Notes under the pieces: model-generated
The model's input: the letters and a program-made list of their open reading frames with translations, nothing else
Told to the model about the DNA's origin: nothing
The model's database searches: none
Shown here: one piece after another, positions 1-13,434 of the stretch
Numbering within the stretch: the first letter of the stretch is position 1
How the letters are laid out: every line of letters starts with the position of its first letter
Translations under genes and position numbers: made by a program
Origin: Chiloscyllium plagiosum
Taxonomy: Eukaryota
Length of the DNA stretch: 64,000 nucleotides
NCBI RefSeq assembly: GCF_004010195.1
Contig: NC_057749.1
Location: forward strand, 10,465,409 to 10,529,408
Reading direction: 5' to 3'

Positions 1-250
1 CCCAGATCTCTCTGTACTTCCCCTTTACCTAAATTGATTCCATTTAGGTAGTAATCTGCCTTCCTGTTTTTGCCACCAAAGTGAATAACCATACATTTAT
101 CCACATTAAACTGCATCTGCCATCATCTGACCACTCACCTAACTTGGCCAGGTTCCCTGTAATCTCCTAACATCCACATCACATTTCACCCTGCCACCCA
201 ACTTAGTATCATCAGCAAATTTGCTAATGTTATTGTTATTGCTAATACCA
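1..250 (-). mobile_element. CR1 LINE RT fragment
   Basis: Reverse strand reads ISKFADDTKLGG...QMQFNVDKCMVIHFG. Confidence 0.75.
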
Positions 251-353
251 TGGGAATAGTCTTTAGATTTGATAAAGTCTGTTTTTTTCTCCACTCATCG
301 CAAATTGATTGGGCTTCTTCCTCTCAGGGGACTGCGGGCTGTCGAGTGCGGTC

Positions 354-3300
354 ATGGCTAATGATCTGATCAGGTGGTGCACCTGGAATATAAAGAGGAG
401 CCACTCCCCCACTAAAAAGAAAAAGGTGCTTTCAAATTTTAGGACAGAAAGGGTTGACATCGCACTGTTGCAAGAGACATGTTTGACTGATATGGAACAT
501 CTGAAGTTAGAGCGGGGGGGCGGGGGGGGGGGGGGGGGAGGAATACGATAGGGTATTCTTTTCCTCCTTTAACTCCAAAAGCAGAGGAGTGGCCATACTG
601 GTATGAAAGAACCTCGATTTCAGATGACAGGTCAAATCAAAGATGTGTGTGGACTGTTTGTCATTCTCAAGGCGCTGAACATGGAGAAGAGTATGGCATC
701 CTGAACATTTAATGTCCTCCGGCGGATCACTCAAACTTTCAGTTGATGTAGTCTCGAAATTAATGGCTCTTGGGGTGTACTGTACGATTATAGGAGGGGA
801 CCTTAATTGTCTCATGGACCCTGGGGTAGACAGGATGCCAAGAGGACTGTCGGGTACACCTCAGCAGTCTACACAGTTAGTGGGCTTGTGAGAGGAGTTG
901 GGGCTAGTGGATGTGTGGAGGTGCCTCCACTCGAATGGGAGGGACTTTACCTTTTACTCCAACCGGCACAAGTGTCACACAAGAACTGATATGTTCTTTG
1001 TTCTGATGGTTTGTTTGGACTTGGTGTTAGTCTGCAGAATTGGGAGCACAACTATTTCGGATCATGCAGCAGTATATTTGGATGTTATGAGCAAAGGTAG
1101 TGGAGTAGACATGCGGCAATGGTGCACGGATCCATATCTGTTGAAGGATGACAACTTTGTACAGTATATCACAAGGGAGTTCAGGGCTTTTTGGGACATC
1201 AGTCGAGGTATGGCCAGTAATCCATCAGTGCTCTGGAAGACCACCAAAGCATTCTGAAGGGGTATGATTATTTCATACTTGGCAATGAGAAGGAGTCGGA
1301 GGGGGGAGCAGCAGCAGATGCTCAAGGTCTGACTGAAGGCAGCCGAATCAGCATATTCTACCAGACCATCCGTGGTCAAATTACAATGTGTCATGGCTGT
1401 CCGGGCTGCTCTGGATTCAGTGCTCACACAAGAGGCAAAGAGAGGGGTCTCCTTTGCAAAGCAAAGGCTGGTTGAATATGGGGATAAGCCAGGTAGATAG
1501 GAAGAAAAGTGCTCTACAGTCCATTGTGTCTATCAGGGAGAGAACTGGTAATGTCACTAGTGAATTGAGGAAGATCAATGTCAGATTCCGAGAGTTCTAT
1601 GCAGAATTATACTGGTCAGAGGGCTGTAGGGATAGAGATGTGAGAATTGAATCATTCTTTGAAAACTTGAACCTCCCCGCTATAAACGCAGATCAGGCTT
1701 CCCTTTAAATGCATCTCTGACACTACAGGAGGTGCAGGAGGCAGTAAGGCAGCTCCAAGGTGGTAGGCACCCGATCCCCAGATGGATTCCCGAGTGAATT
1801 ACACAAGGAGTTCATGCACATGTTAAATGAACCACTGCTGGAGATGTATAATCATTCATATAGTCAGGACTGTCTTCTGCCTTCTCTTAGGGAGGCTAAC
1901 ATCTCCCTTATCTTAAAGAAACGGAAAGACCCCAAGGACTGAGTATCATATAGACCCATCTCGTTGTTGAATATGGATCTTAAAAGTGTTGGCTCTGAGA
2001 CTGGAGAAAGTACTACCCATTATTATAAAAGAGGACCAGATGGGTTTTATCAAGGGATGCAGCTCTTCCAATACCAGATGGGTGCGGAACATAGTGCAAG
2101 TATTTCAGCAGAGATTCTGAGTTTGATGATCTCCCTGAATGCAGAACAGGCTTTTGATTGGTTGGAATGGCTGTATCTCTTTGCTGTTCTAGATTGTTTT
2201 GGTTTGGGAGGGGCCTTCGCCAGGTGGGTGGCAGTGTTATATAAAGACTCCAAGTTGGTGGTTATCACGAATTGGGTTAAATCAAACAATTTTGGTGTGG
2301 AGAGGGGCAGCCAATAGGGATGTCCCCTGTCGCCACTGCGGTTTACCTTGGTACTTGAACCGCTGGCAGAGGCCATCCAAAAAGACCCTAAAATAATGGC
2401 ACCGAAGGTGGGAGTTCGGGAACACAAAATCACTCTCTATACGGATGATGTCCTTTTGTTTTTGGCTAACCCTGACAAGTCCATACCTCTAGAAGAAAGT
2501 GAGGACTGCAGATGCTGGAGATCAGAGCTGAAAATGTGTTGCTGGAAAAACGCAGCAGGTCAGGCAGCATCCAAGGAGGAGAATCGACGTTTCGGGCATG
2601 AGCCCTTCCTGAAGAAGGGCTTATGCCCGAAACGTCGATTCTCCTGCTCCTTGGATGCTGCCTGACTTGCTGCGCTTTTCCAGCAACACATTTTCAAGTC
2701 CATACCTCGGCTAATATAATATATTTAATTATTTGGTAGCTTTTCAGGACACAAGATAAATTTCACAAAATCGGAAGTCATGCCCATGGTGGGATTGGTG
2801 CGGGTACCGAAACTGGAGGACAGAATGGAGTTTCCTTTTAGATGGTCACAGGAAGGTTTTCTCTATCTGGGAATTTTTATTATCTCTTGCCTCCGGAAGC
2901 TGTACAGAGCGAACTTTCTGCAGCTGTTTGAAAGGATAAAGCAAGACTTGCAGTGATGGGAGGGACTATCCATATTGTGGTTAGGCCATATAGCTTTGAT
3001 TGAAAACAATGTTCTTCCTTGGCTGTTATATCCTCCGAGGATGCTTCCGCTGGTATTACCCAAACAGGTGCTGCGGAGGTTTGTGGGATGGCTTGGATCA
3101 TTTATTTGGTGCCGGAGGCATCCCTTAATTAAACTTACCAAGTTGCAACTTCCGCAGGATGTATGGGGTGGGGGTGGGTGGACCTCCCAGATTTGAGGAG
3201 ATTTCAAATAGGCACCCTGTTGTCATATGTAAGCAAATGATTGCGTAAGGACTCGAAATCAATATGGAGGCCTTGCAGGCGAAATGTCCCCTCATAAACA

Positions 3301-4776
3301 TACTATTCATGGATAAGATTAGGTCACTAGTTGAGCATTGTGAAAGTCCGATTATCTTAAATATGGGTAAAAGCATGGAGGATAATGTGGCAGGGTGAGG
3401 GCAATTTGCTTAAGACTTTGCCGTTCACCTAGTTTGTGGGAGGCCCAGGATTTAGACTGGGTTTAATGGACACCAGCTTTAGAGCATGGGAGGGTAAAGG
3501 AATCTCCTGTCTGGGAGATCTGTTTGAGGGAGAGGTCTTGATGTCTTTTAGCCAATTAGGTCAGAAATACAGAATCTCTAATAGAAACCTTCTCTGATAT
3601 TTCTAGGTTAGGGATTACATACAGAAGAAGACCAAGTTCTTGACCCAGACCTACAAGTTGAACACAGAACATTGAGTGCTCTGATGTGGGGGCGCTCTCT
3701 CAGTTAGTACCATAAATTGTCTGCAGAGAGGGAATGCCCTAGGGGAATATGGAGATTTGGAATTCCATGAGATTTGGAATCAGGAGTTAGGGGAAGAAAT
3801 CTCATCGGAAACGTGGAAGATTCCCCCTTGGGGGAATGTAAAGAAGATTTCAATATGCAATAAGGCAAAAGCAATGCAATTGAAGGTCCTCCACAGGGCC
3901 CATATGGTGCCAGAGAGGTAAGCAAAGCTTAAGAAAGGATCTTCCCCAAAATGTCCCAAATGTAAAAACAGTATTGGCACCATCACACATCGCTTTTGGT
4001 CTTATTACAAGGTCTGCGGATATTGGGGGACCACAGTGAATGAGCTGGAGAGGATCCTGGGAATGGAAGTTAGGGAGGAAGCGTTGTCCCTCCTTTTGGG
4101 GCTACCGAATCTTTCCTCTTTGGGTGAGCATGGGAAAAGGTTATTCAACATTGTTACACACTGTGTGGGGAAATACATCCTAATGAATTGGATACCAGAA
4201 AAGCCTCCAGATCTTGCACGGCGACGCAGACTTGTGATGCAGCACGTCCTTCAAGATTACTTGACAAGTACAGTGCACTATGGAACAGAGCAATTTTATA
4301 AAAAATGACGACCCTTTCTAAATTATATAGACATGGATCTGTTGGCAGTATTGAGTCGGACTTTTATACAGCCACGAGGGCCATATATTGCGGTCTGGGG
4401 ACCCTGGAGGTGAGGGGAGAGAAGGCCTGGTAAATACGGGTATAATCGCTGTTGCTCCCATGGACGGGAGCCTTGACGAAGGTGCAGTGAGTGGAGTAAT
4501 GTAATATAGTACAATGTAGTGTAACAAGTTTAGTGGATTGTAATTAATTTAATATTTTATTTAAGTTGAGTTTGTGCTAATTTGGTTTAAGTAAGTAAAT
4601 ATGAGTTGTCTGTATCTTAAAGAATAGTAGGCAGTTTATTGTTAATGTTACTGTCATATCACATAACACTACAATATTATTTTTATTTTTCTGTACTTTT
4701 GTACTTTTATCACTTTTTTAGTTTGTGCTTTCATAAAAATGTAATTTTTTTTCAATATATACATTAAAAAAAAAAG
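354..4776 (+). mobile_element. Degenerate L1-clade LINE (ORF2: APE endonuclease, RT, Cys-rich C-terminus; 3' UTR; poly-A)
   Basis: TWNIK...DIALLQET, GGDLNC, ISDHAAV, SPDGFPSE, RGSQ*GCPLSPL, TLYTDDVLL, CPKC...HRFWS motifs across frameshifts; AT-rich UTR; A-run 4765-4775. Confidence 0.92.
2490..2694. mobile_element. Palindromic Penelope pseudo-LTR insertion with hammerhead core inside the L1 RT
   Basis: ~80-bp inverted arms; 14-bp TSD CAAGTCCATACCTC (2476-2489 and 2695-2708); CTGAAGA-A-GGGC-TTAT-GCCC-GAAA-CGTC at 2609-2636. Confidence 0.85.
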
Positions 4777-5104
4777 AAATGCTTAGATTACCAGCCCAAA
4801 CTTCTGCAGTGGGGCTTAAGCAGGCTAGTACAATTGCAACATTAAAAAGGCATCTGTATGGGTATATGAAGGGTTTGGAGGGATATGGGCCGGGTGCTGC
4901 CAGGTGGGACTAGAATGGGTTGGGATATCTGGTTGGCATGGACGAGTTGGACTGAAGGGTCTGTTTCCGTGCTGTACATCTCTAGGACTCTATCTGACGA
5001 CATCAATAAGGGTGCCAGCAACTGTGCCAGGGTTGTGTTGAGAGATACTGAAGCCACAAGCATATTATGTCTCCCCAATAGTTTGCCTTCTAGTTATGCA
5101 CATA

Positions 5105-7775
5105 GAACCACAGGTATTTACATAGTCTAAAGGAGATAATCATGTTTAAGTAATCTAATAGAGTTTTTGACAAAATAACATTCAAGGTAGATGGGGAGAA
5201 CTATTAGATGTGGCGTAATTGGATTTCTAAAAGGCATCTGATGTGGGGCCATGCCACAGGTTAATGCACAAGAGCACATACTGGCAAGAAAAAAAGAATT
5301 GGTCAGCGAATAGAAAGTAGAAAGCAGGCATAAATGGGCACATTTCATGTTAGCATGTTCTGGAGTGCCATAAGGATCAGTGGCCACAACTATTTAAAAT
5401 CTATACAAATAATTTGAATGAGGGTGCCAAATGTGTGGTAGCTAGCTTTACTGATAACACCAAGATAGGTAGGAAAGTAAGTTTTGAAGTGGAGGGGGAC
5501 AGTCAGCAAAGGAAAACAGATAGTTTAAGTGAGCAGGCAAAAGATTTTGCAGATGAAATATAGGCAGATAAATGTGAACTTGTCCATTTTGGCAGGAAGA
5601 ATAGAAAAGCGGTATACTATTTAAATGGAATGATACTATTTAAATACATGACTCAGAGGTACAGTGATTTGGGTGTCCTGGTACATGAATTGCATAAAGT
5701 TAGTATGTAGGCGCAGCATGCGATTAGGAAAGCAAATGGAATGCTGTCCTTTATTGCATGCATAAGGTAATATAAAATGTAGGGAGGATTTCCTACAATT
5801 GAAAAGAGTATTGGTGAGACTAAATCTGGAGAACTGTGTATCATTGTGATCTGTATATTTGAATAAAAAATACTTACATTGGAAGGAATTTTGAGAAGGT
5901 TCATTTTTGATCTCCATATAAAATGGAAGATGGCCCGCGAGATCAAAGATGGACCGGGTCCGAAGGGACTCGATGTATAAGGATCTGGGCAACGGGGTAA
6001 AAAACACATCCAATGGCACCCTCACCCTGATGGCCACCTTTGGTCAAGCTGTGCGTGGATCCCCAGTACGCAAACACCAAGTGTCACTACGTAGTGAGGT
6101 TCTACCTGTCTGGCCTCGCTGTCACTACTCGATGTATAAGGATCTGGGCAACGGGGTAAAAAACATCCAATGGCACCCTCACCCTGATGGATCCCCAGTA
6201 CGCAAACACCAAGTGTCACTACGTAGTGAGGTTCTACCTGTCTGGCCTCGCTGTCACTGAACGCTCCGTATCACCTGTCTTTAGTAGAGAAATTTATAAA
6301 GAAAAACACCTTTGACCAGAAGTCCATCAGGAAGTGGTCAGCACGTAGTGTCCTTGAGACCCTTCGGGAAAAGGAGAGGGTGGATCCTGTTGAGCGGTTC
6401 CCTGAGCAGACTGTCAAAGTCATTTGACAGAATGCCTCATTGCCAGAACTTTCCAACAAGCACCAAGACATGGCTTGGCTGGTAGTGAGAAGGGCTCTGC
6501 CTGTGAGATCTTTTATGCACACCCGGACTCTCTGCCACACCGCAAGCTGCCCTCGAAGCGGCTGCAGTGGGGATGAGACTGTCACACACCTTCTTCTGGA
6601 ATGTGCCTATGCAAAGGAAGTCTGGAGAGGAAAGCAGTGGTGTTTGTCGAGGGCCGTCCCAAGCAGCTCCGTGACGCGGGACTCCGTGCTCTACGGTCTG
6701 TTCCCCAGGACACACACCGAGACAAACATCAACTGTGCCTGGAGGATCATCAACTCAGTGAAAGACGCTCTTTGGTCTGTCTGAAACTCTCTCGGACTCT
6801 CTGGTGCACCGCACGCTGCCCTCGAAGCGGCTGCGGTGGGGACGAGACTGTCACACACGTCCTTCTGGAATGTGCTGACGCAAAGGAAGTTTGGAGAAGA
6901 ATGCAGTGAAGTTCATCCCAAGCAGCTCCATGATGTGGGATTCCGTGCTTTACGGTCTGTTCCCCGGGACGCACACCAAGACGAACATCAACTGTGCCTG
7001 GAGGATCATCAACTCGGTGAAAGACGCTCTTTGGTCTGTCTGAAACTTGTTCTTCCAGCTGAAGGAGCTGACCCCGACTGAGTGTTGCAGACTGGCACAT
7101 TCCAAGGTCCAGGACTTGAGGGATGCGCGGAAGTATGGGGCAGCTGCCACCAAGGCACGGTGGGGAAAGACCACCATGTAACGTCTGCCTGTCAAAGAAA
7201 AACAGGGGGCCCACTCAGTAAGTAGGCTCCACTGAAGCCTCAGCTAAATATATGGATGGTAAATGTACAGACCTGTATATACGAATGATTAATTCCAATC
7301 TCTGTATGTAAAGAAATAAAATGTATATGTATGTATGGCACCACCAATTATACAGATCATCAAAATATTTTATGAATAAAGTATATTTTTGAAATAAAAA
7401 AATAATTTAGAAAAGGTTCATTCAAGTTATACCTGGGATGAGGGGCTTACCTTATGAAAATAGTTTGATTAGACAATCTTCGTGAAGCATATCAGATCTT
7501 GGCAGTGATAGACAAAATGGATGTTTCTTTTTGTGGGGGAGACTAACACTTGATATACTGTTTAGGAATAAGAAGTCTCTCTTTTAGAACAGAGCTGAAG
7601 ATTTATTTATTTCTCTGAACAGTTTGTTAGAATATGAAGTCAAGGGGTATGTGGCAAAGACAGGAAAGTAGAGCTGAGACCACAACCAAATTGCCAATGA
7701 TCTTATTCAATGGTGGAGCAGGCTCAAAAGGTCAAATGGCCTCCTCTTGTTCCTAGGTGTTACATTCTAAAACTT
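5105..7775 (+). mobile_element. Old CR1 LINE split by a Tx1 insertion (5105-5905 and ~7405-7775)
   Basis: FTDNTKIG and KCELVHFGRKN motifs; the aaggttcatt junction is repeated on both sides of the insert and CR1 sequence resumes after it. Confidence 0.75.
5920..7403 (+). mobile_element. 5'-truncated Tx1-like LINE (ORF2 C-terminal zinc-finger region, 3' UTR, A-tail) with internal tandem duplications
   Basis: CPRSGCSGDETVTHLLLEC motif present twice; AATAAA and A-rich tail 7375-7403. Confidence 0.8.
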
Positions 7776-10709
7776 AGCATTCGCAACAACGGGAACTTTT
7801 CTTAAAAATTATTCGATGGGATGTGAGCCATTTGTTGCTCATCCCCAATTGCCACAGAGCTGAATGGCTCCTCAAGCCATTTCAGAGAGCAGTTAAGAGT
7901 CAACCACATTGCTGTATATCTGAGTCACATGTAGGCCAGACCAGTTAAGGACGGAAGATTTCCTTCCCTAAAGAACATATGTTAAACAGGTGGGTTTATG
8001 TGATAATCGATGATACTCGGCATGGTGTCATTGTGTCATGGAGTCTTTATGGTGCAAAAGGAGGTTAATATCAAATCAGCTGTTTATACAATATCAAGTT
8101 GCCTAGTCTTTTTACCAAATTATTGTATTACCAAAGGGGCTAATAGGTGGATATGTGATACATTATCGCAGTCAGTCACATTGACACGTTCCCAAATTCC
8201 ATTCTTCAGGTAGACTTGACTTCTCTCAGTCAAGGAAATAAAGGAAAAAATTCCCTCCAGCTAGGGAGGGAAGGGAAGAGACAGAGATTAAAATAGTAAA
8301 ACCAGTCAAGTTGCCTGCTCCCTGTTGCAACAGATTGGGTTTAGGTGGAAATGCAAGTGTGTAAATACTATGACATTGGTTTTAACCTAACCCATCTGGA
8401 GGGAGCAGGCAATAGATGAGGGGTTAATCACCTGTGTTTACACCCCACCCAATTTTGCACTCGTTTAAGTCACCAATCCCATAATCAATGGTCTCAAAAT
8501 CGAACTCCACACGGAGTCATGGTCAAAGTTGCCATCTAAATGGTGCCTATGTAGACACTGTTTAAATAATGTAGAAGGGTGAGGTCTGCAGAATTGGATA
8601 AATGCTGGTTTAATGGTTGCTGTTGAAATCACTGAAGACCATTAGAGGGCAGAATGTAAAACTAACATTCCACTCAACCAGTAAAGATTAAAATTAGGCC
8701 AACATGTCTACAAGATGCACCAATGCTACGATGAAAACATAAGCTTTTCTGCATTCAATAATATTCTTTAACGTTAGAAATAAAAGTAACACTTCCTGGT
8801 AAAATACCTCCTTAAGGTCACTCATGAAACTGTGGCTGGGAACTTCTATCATGATTAAACAAAGGATGCGAGTTGATATTTATGATGTCACTGGGGCTGT
8901 TGGCACACCTGGTTATACCGAATGAGATCTACAGCTGGCAAACAGCTCATCTGCTGAATGGATGGGTGTAGGAGAACATTTAAAATTGTACATCTAATTG
9001 TTCTGTAGGATAGTGAATTGTGTGGAACAGGAAGATACAAAATACCTAATCCTAAACATAAGAGTGAATGAGAATACAGATAACATGGTTGTAAACCGCT
9101 TTGGGATATTCTAAATTCATGCAAGAACAGGAATTTTCAGGTTTGTGTGTCAGTGGAACATTGATCAAGGAGGAGGCTATTTAGCTCCTCAGACCTGTTC
9201 TTCCCTGACTGATCTGTACCTTCACTCCATTTACCCACTAATTACTAAGGAAATTTTTTTCCGGTTGTTTCATTTTCGAAAGGAACAGTGAACCCTGGTA
9301 ATTCAGTAATTTGGTCTTCAATATTTCTAAAATATAGCAAGGAGAGAAATTCTCAGCAGTTTACCCATCCCCAACTTCCCCTGCTGATTGAAAATAGGAA
9401 TTGACGGGGGAAATGTGAGAATTTAAAAAGCCAAGACACAACAAAGAGTTAACATCATAAATCTCTACCAATAGCTCAAAGATGAAGTTTACTGAAACCA
9501 GGAAGATGAAACATATAAAAGGAGTCCTTTGTCTGAGTTGTTGCACAACCATATTATCTAAAATCTAAGATATTGGGGACATTGGAAGCTTTATGAGCTC
9601 TAGCTCAATTGCATTTAGCAGGTCTTCATGGTAATTTAGGCAGTTCGCTAACAGAAATGATTCGTCTCGCTCTTTTACCATGCACAGGGAGTTGTCACTG
9701 GATCATCCTGGGAATGAATACTCTCCATTCACAGAGTTTCTGAAGCTGGAATTTCCGCCTGTTGTTTGACCTTGAGGGATCTCTTGCTCATTGCACAGGG
9801 CCTGCACTCCTCAGAAGTAATTACTTTCAAAGCGAAGACGAATCAGTGTCAATAGTTATACCTTACTTACCTCAGGTCATGAAGGGCAAAGTAAATCATT
9901 AGTCTAAACAAAGGGTTGCTTTGAAACACTTGCTTATTTCACTACTCTGGTTTTTCCAGGGAATATTTGCAAAAGATCTATAATTTCATTACAAAACAAA
10001 ATGTGACATTAAGCAATTGTCCTGGAAAACAGATAACAAAGCACCGCCTCCTATTAAAATTGACTATAGCTCTGACTCAAAGGAAGACTTATTTGTATAG
10101 TGCCAGATTGCAGCTCAAATTATTTTTCAAAGTAACTAACATACAATGAACTATTCTGTAAAGCAGTGGCATTTACCTTAAAGAAACACAGGGATGATAT
10201 TTTGCATAATGCAGGATACCCACACCCCTTAACACCAACCCAACCACAAAGACAGGAATGACAAGATAATCTCCAGTTTGATTTCAGAGATAGGGGATGA
10301 AGTGAGTGGCTCAGAATGAAGCCAGCACACTACATGAACTCCCTGCTTCATAGAAATTTCAGCACCCACTGAACGACTTTTTAACAATGATCATCACTTC
10401 TGATAACATTTGCGATTGTTAAAAATAAAAAAGCTTGCATTTTTTTGGATCTTCACAATCTCAATTTACACTTGTACAGCATGATTAACATACAGGAGCA
10501 TGATAAAATCAAGTGTGAGACAGAATTACTGAAAGTTACAATACATTAAGTGATCAAAAGCTTGACATGTGTTTTCAGGAGCAACTTGAGGAAAGCGAGA
10601 TAGAGAGTTGAGGCAATTGGATTGCAGAACTTGGGTCCTTGGTTACCAAAAGCACATCCACCAATAGTCCAACAACTAGTCACAGATGCTCAAGGGGCCA
10701 AAAAAAAGA

Positions 10710-10916
10710 AACGTTGATTTTCTTGCTCCTCGGATGTTGCCTGAACTGCTGTGTTTTTCCAGCACCACTCTAATCTAGAATCTGGTTTCCAGTATCTGCA
10801 GTCCTTGTCTTTACCCTCTATTCCTAATGAAGGGCTTTTGCCCAAAATGTCGATTTTCCTGCTCCTCGAATGCTGCCTGAACTGCTGTGCTTTTCCAGCA
10901 CCATTCTAACCTAGAA
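10710..10916 (+). mobile_element. Tandem partial Penelope pseudo-LTRs
   Basis: Direct repeat 10710-10780 and 10845-10915; 13-bp TSD GCCAAAAAAAAGA (10697-10709 and 10917-10929); decayed hammerhead ctaatga-agggcttttgccc-aaaatgtc. Confidence 0.75.
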
Positions 10917-11249
10917 GCCAAAAAAAAGAGCAATGCAGGGAGTCGTGGGGCTTGTGGAAATCACAGCATATTGTGAATAGAGAGGCCATGGAGGGACTTG
11001 AAAGCAAGGGTAAGAATTATAAAGTCAAAACATCACCAAACAAGCTGTCGCAATGCTTACACAGCAAAATGATTAATTATATAATCAAACAACAATAGGA
11101 AGCTGCATGAATAACTTAGCAGAAATTAACTCACATTAGAGCAAATTGTTTGTTGCAAATCTATTAAAATTTAAGCATTTCATCAAATATGTGCCCAACT
11201 CTTCCAGGGTAGTAGGAAGTGGGCAACTAAAGTCTGGTGCCCCATGTTA

Positions 11250-11640
11250 CATAAGAACTAGGAGCAGGAGTAGGCCATTTGGCGCTTTGAGCCTGCTACA
11301 CCATTCAATAAGATTATGACTGATCTTTACATGACCTCAGTTTCACTTATCCATCCTCTCACTGTAACCTTTAATTGCTTTACTGTTCAAAAAAAAATCT
11401 ACTTAGCTTTAAAAACATTTACTGAAGTAGCATCAACTACTTCACTGGGAAGGGAATTCCATAGATTCACAACCCTCTGAGTGAAGAAGTTCCTTCTCCA
11501 TTCTAAATCCGCTCCCCCTAATTTTAAGGCTATGCCCTCTTTTCCTAATTTCACCTGCCAGTGGAAACATTCTCTCTACCTCTACCTTATCTATTTCCTT
11601 CATAATTTTATACGTTTCTATAATGTTCCCCCTGCCCCCG
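11250..11640 (-). mobile_element. CR1 LINE 3' end
   Basis: cataagaactaggagcaggagtaggcc tail; reverse strand RRNFFTQRVVNLWNSLP. Confidence 0.75.
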
Positions 11641-11984
11641 CACCATTCTTGTTTATGTTGTGGAAAGTAAGGAGCTAAATGAAGTAAAGTACAGAAAGAT
11701 AAATTACTAGAAGTAGCAAAACAAATTGATTAGAGCATTAGGAGTAGAAAGAAAGTACTGCAATTAATTGCAGAGAAACAGAATGCAAAACAATGTAGAT
11801 AATGTTTAAGATCTAAGCTCTTTGAACTGATTTTGGCGTATATGTCTGGATTCTGCATGTGCCCACTTTGTGTGCTTTCAGCAGGGGTGGAGGGGGAGTC
11901 TTTTAAAATAGTGTCGGTGCTCAGTTTACAATCTTCTTATCACTTCCTGAGCTCAACCCCATCACATGATAGGTAACCAGGAGG

Positions 11985-12190
11985 TCAGGTAGCTCAGCTA
12001 GCTGGATGGCTGGTTTGCAGTGTACAGTGATGCCAACAGCATGGGTTAATTATCATACTGGTGAGGTCACCATAAGGTCCTTCTTTCTCAACCGCAATGT
12101 CACCTGAAGCATGGTGACCCACAAGTCAAACTCACCATCAGTGGTCTCTCTCCAATGAGACGGCAGCCTGTTTCTCTGGACTAATTTTAT
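11985..12190 (+). mobile_element. tRNA-like SINE; same family as the split copy at 37300-38185
   Basis: gtagctcagctagctggatggctgg head; aligns with 37300-37415 plus 38100-38185. Confidence 0.6.
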
Positions 12191-13434
12191 CTTTATTATA
12201 AAACAGACATTGAAGTACTGGATGCAGTGCAGTAAAAACAAATCATACTGACGTTTGGAGAATTGAAAGGATTCAACAATCAACAAACATTGTCCTGGCT
12301 TTTATTTTTCATTTTCAGAAGACCATGAGGAGACAGATCTTAAAAACTATGAGTTTGGATGTAGATAAAGTTTCAAATTGTGGTTCGGCACAGAATAAAG
12401 TGGATCGAAATACAAGACAGCCAACAACACATCAAAGTAAAGAATTAAGGATGAATTTCTTTATACTGAGTGACAAAGATATAGAATATGTCACACGGTG
12501 TGTTCGAAGCAGATAGCATCATCTGTGATGCTATATAAGGTACAGGATGTAGAGGAATATAGGGGCAGCACGAGATAAAGTAATTAAAAATTACAGGAGC
12601 CCTGGGTGTGGAGGAGAAACTGTGTCCTGAAGCTGTCTGTACAACTACTTCTTAAAAAGTTAAATATCACTTTTAATGACAGGAAAAGTGCCAAGCAATA
12701 AAAAAAAAGTATAATTGTAAAAGCTTTCAGATAATTCAAAGAACATTGATTTATTGAGTTTCACAATCCTTATACAATGATTAGTCTTGTCTTCAATGTT
12801 CAAACAATACCAAGTATCAGGTGCCTGATACACCACTCAGATTTGGTCGAAATACAGGTGCAGTTCTAAAGATTTTTATATTGTGACTTGAGAAATGCTC
12901 TTGAAATTACTCAAGGCAGCATCTTTTGCACACTGGCTTCCTGGTGACACTTAATGTCATTACCCCTTTATTTTGGACGAGAGGGTTGTTCCTCCTATAT
13001 TTAATTTGATCATTTTTTTAATCCTCCTTTCACATTTTCTTTCTCTGTACTTTTACTCTCTATTAACCTATCCAAACAATCAGCCTTGTGAACTACTGGC
13101 TGCATTATTTCTGGAGGGCAAAATGAATTAAGATGATCACTCATGTGGATTTTGTAATATCCTTCTCATCCCATTCCTGCTACTGCTGTCTTGTTGGTAA
13201 GAAGTGTATTCAGAGAATTTTAGAGATATTTTCAGAAGTAGCAAACTATAAGTAGGTCGTGATTTAAATGCAGCACAACTTCATTGCCCTGCATTTGATC
13301 CTTAGATACCCTTATGCAAAAGGGAACCAATCAATCACTTTCTTAAAGGGATCAATGCAGACTGCTCAGGGAAGAAGGAATTTATTTACCAGAACTTTGA
13401 GGGCCAGGTGAAACATAAAATGATATCAGCTTAA

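Noticed and set aside
513..540. Poly-G run encoding a Gly repeat
   Set aside because: Homopolymer expansion inside a dead L1 endonuclease domain; no sign of function.
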